Below are positions 63,965 through 64,000 of a stretch of 64,000 nucleotides of DNA, piece by piece. The DNA lies in assembly GCA_963709405.1 (NCBI GenBank), contig CAVPXM010000063.1, positions 64,001 to 128,000 of the forward strand, given 5' to 3'. A program made the position numbers and the translations under genes. Every line of letters begins with the position of its first letter. The first letter of the stretch is position 1. Origin of the DNA: an uncultured Nitrososphaerales archaeon (lineage in GTDB: Archaea > Thermoproteota > Nitrososphaeria > Nitrososphaerales > Nitrososphaeraceae). The notes under the pieces were generated by a model. That model was not told where the DNA came from, did not search any database, and saw nothing but the letters and a program-made list of their open reading frames with translations.

Positions 63965-64000
63965 CTCGACCCACGTCGCTCGTCTGTTGTTGGATAAACA

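Overview
Archaeal chromosomal segment, most consistent with a soil-type Nitrososphaeraceae (Thaumarchaeota). The evidence is archaeal eS1, aIF5A, Rpo10, RNase P subunits, the archaeal mevalonate/isoprenoid operon, a nuoABCDHIJKMLN cluster without nuoEFG, and BHB-intron tRNAs. Most of the window is housekeeping. Many essential genes are split by single-base indels, which suggests an error-prone long-read assembly. The unusual part is 17.6-28.2 kb. It holds (1) a ~3.8 kb gene for a secreted protein of about 1,260 aa, with a glycosylation-rich stalk and roughly 900 aa of hierarchically repeated poly-Ala/Gly/Ser (silk- or antifreeze-like composition), hidden in the ORF track by frameshifts; (2) a cas-less CRISPR mini-array; and (3) a long-form pyruvate kinase and small accessory genes next to the 3' end of tRNA-Ile(CAT). 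Elsewhere, tRNA-Tyr appears to carry a compound (intron-in-intron) anticodon insert plus a T-loop intron, and tRNA-Glu has a D-loop intron. All calls were made by eye from the sequence; no database searches were run.
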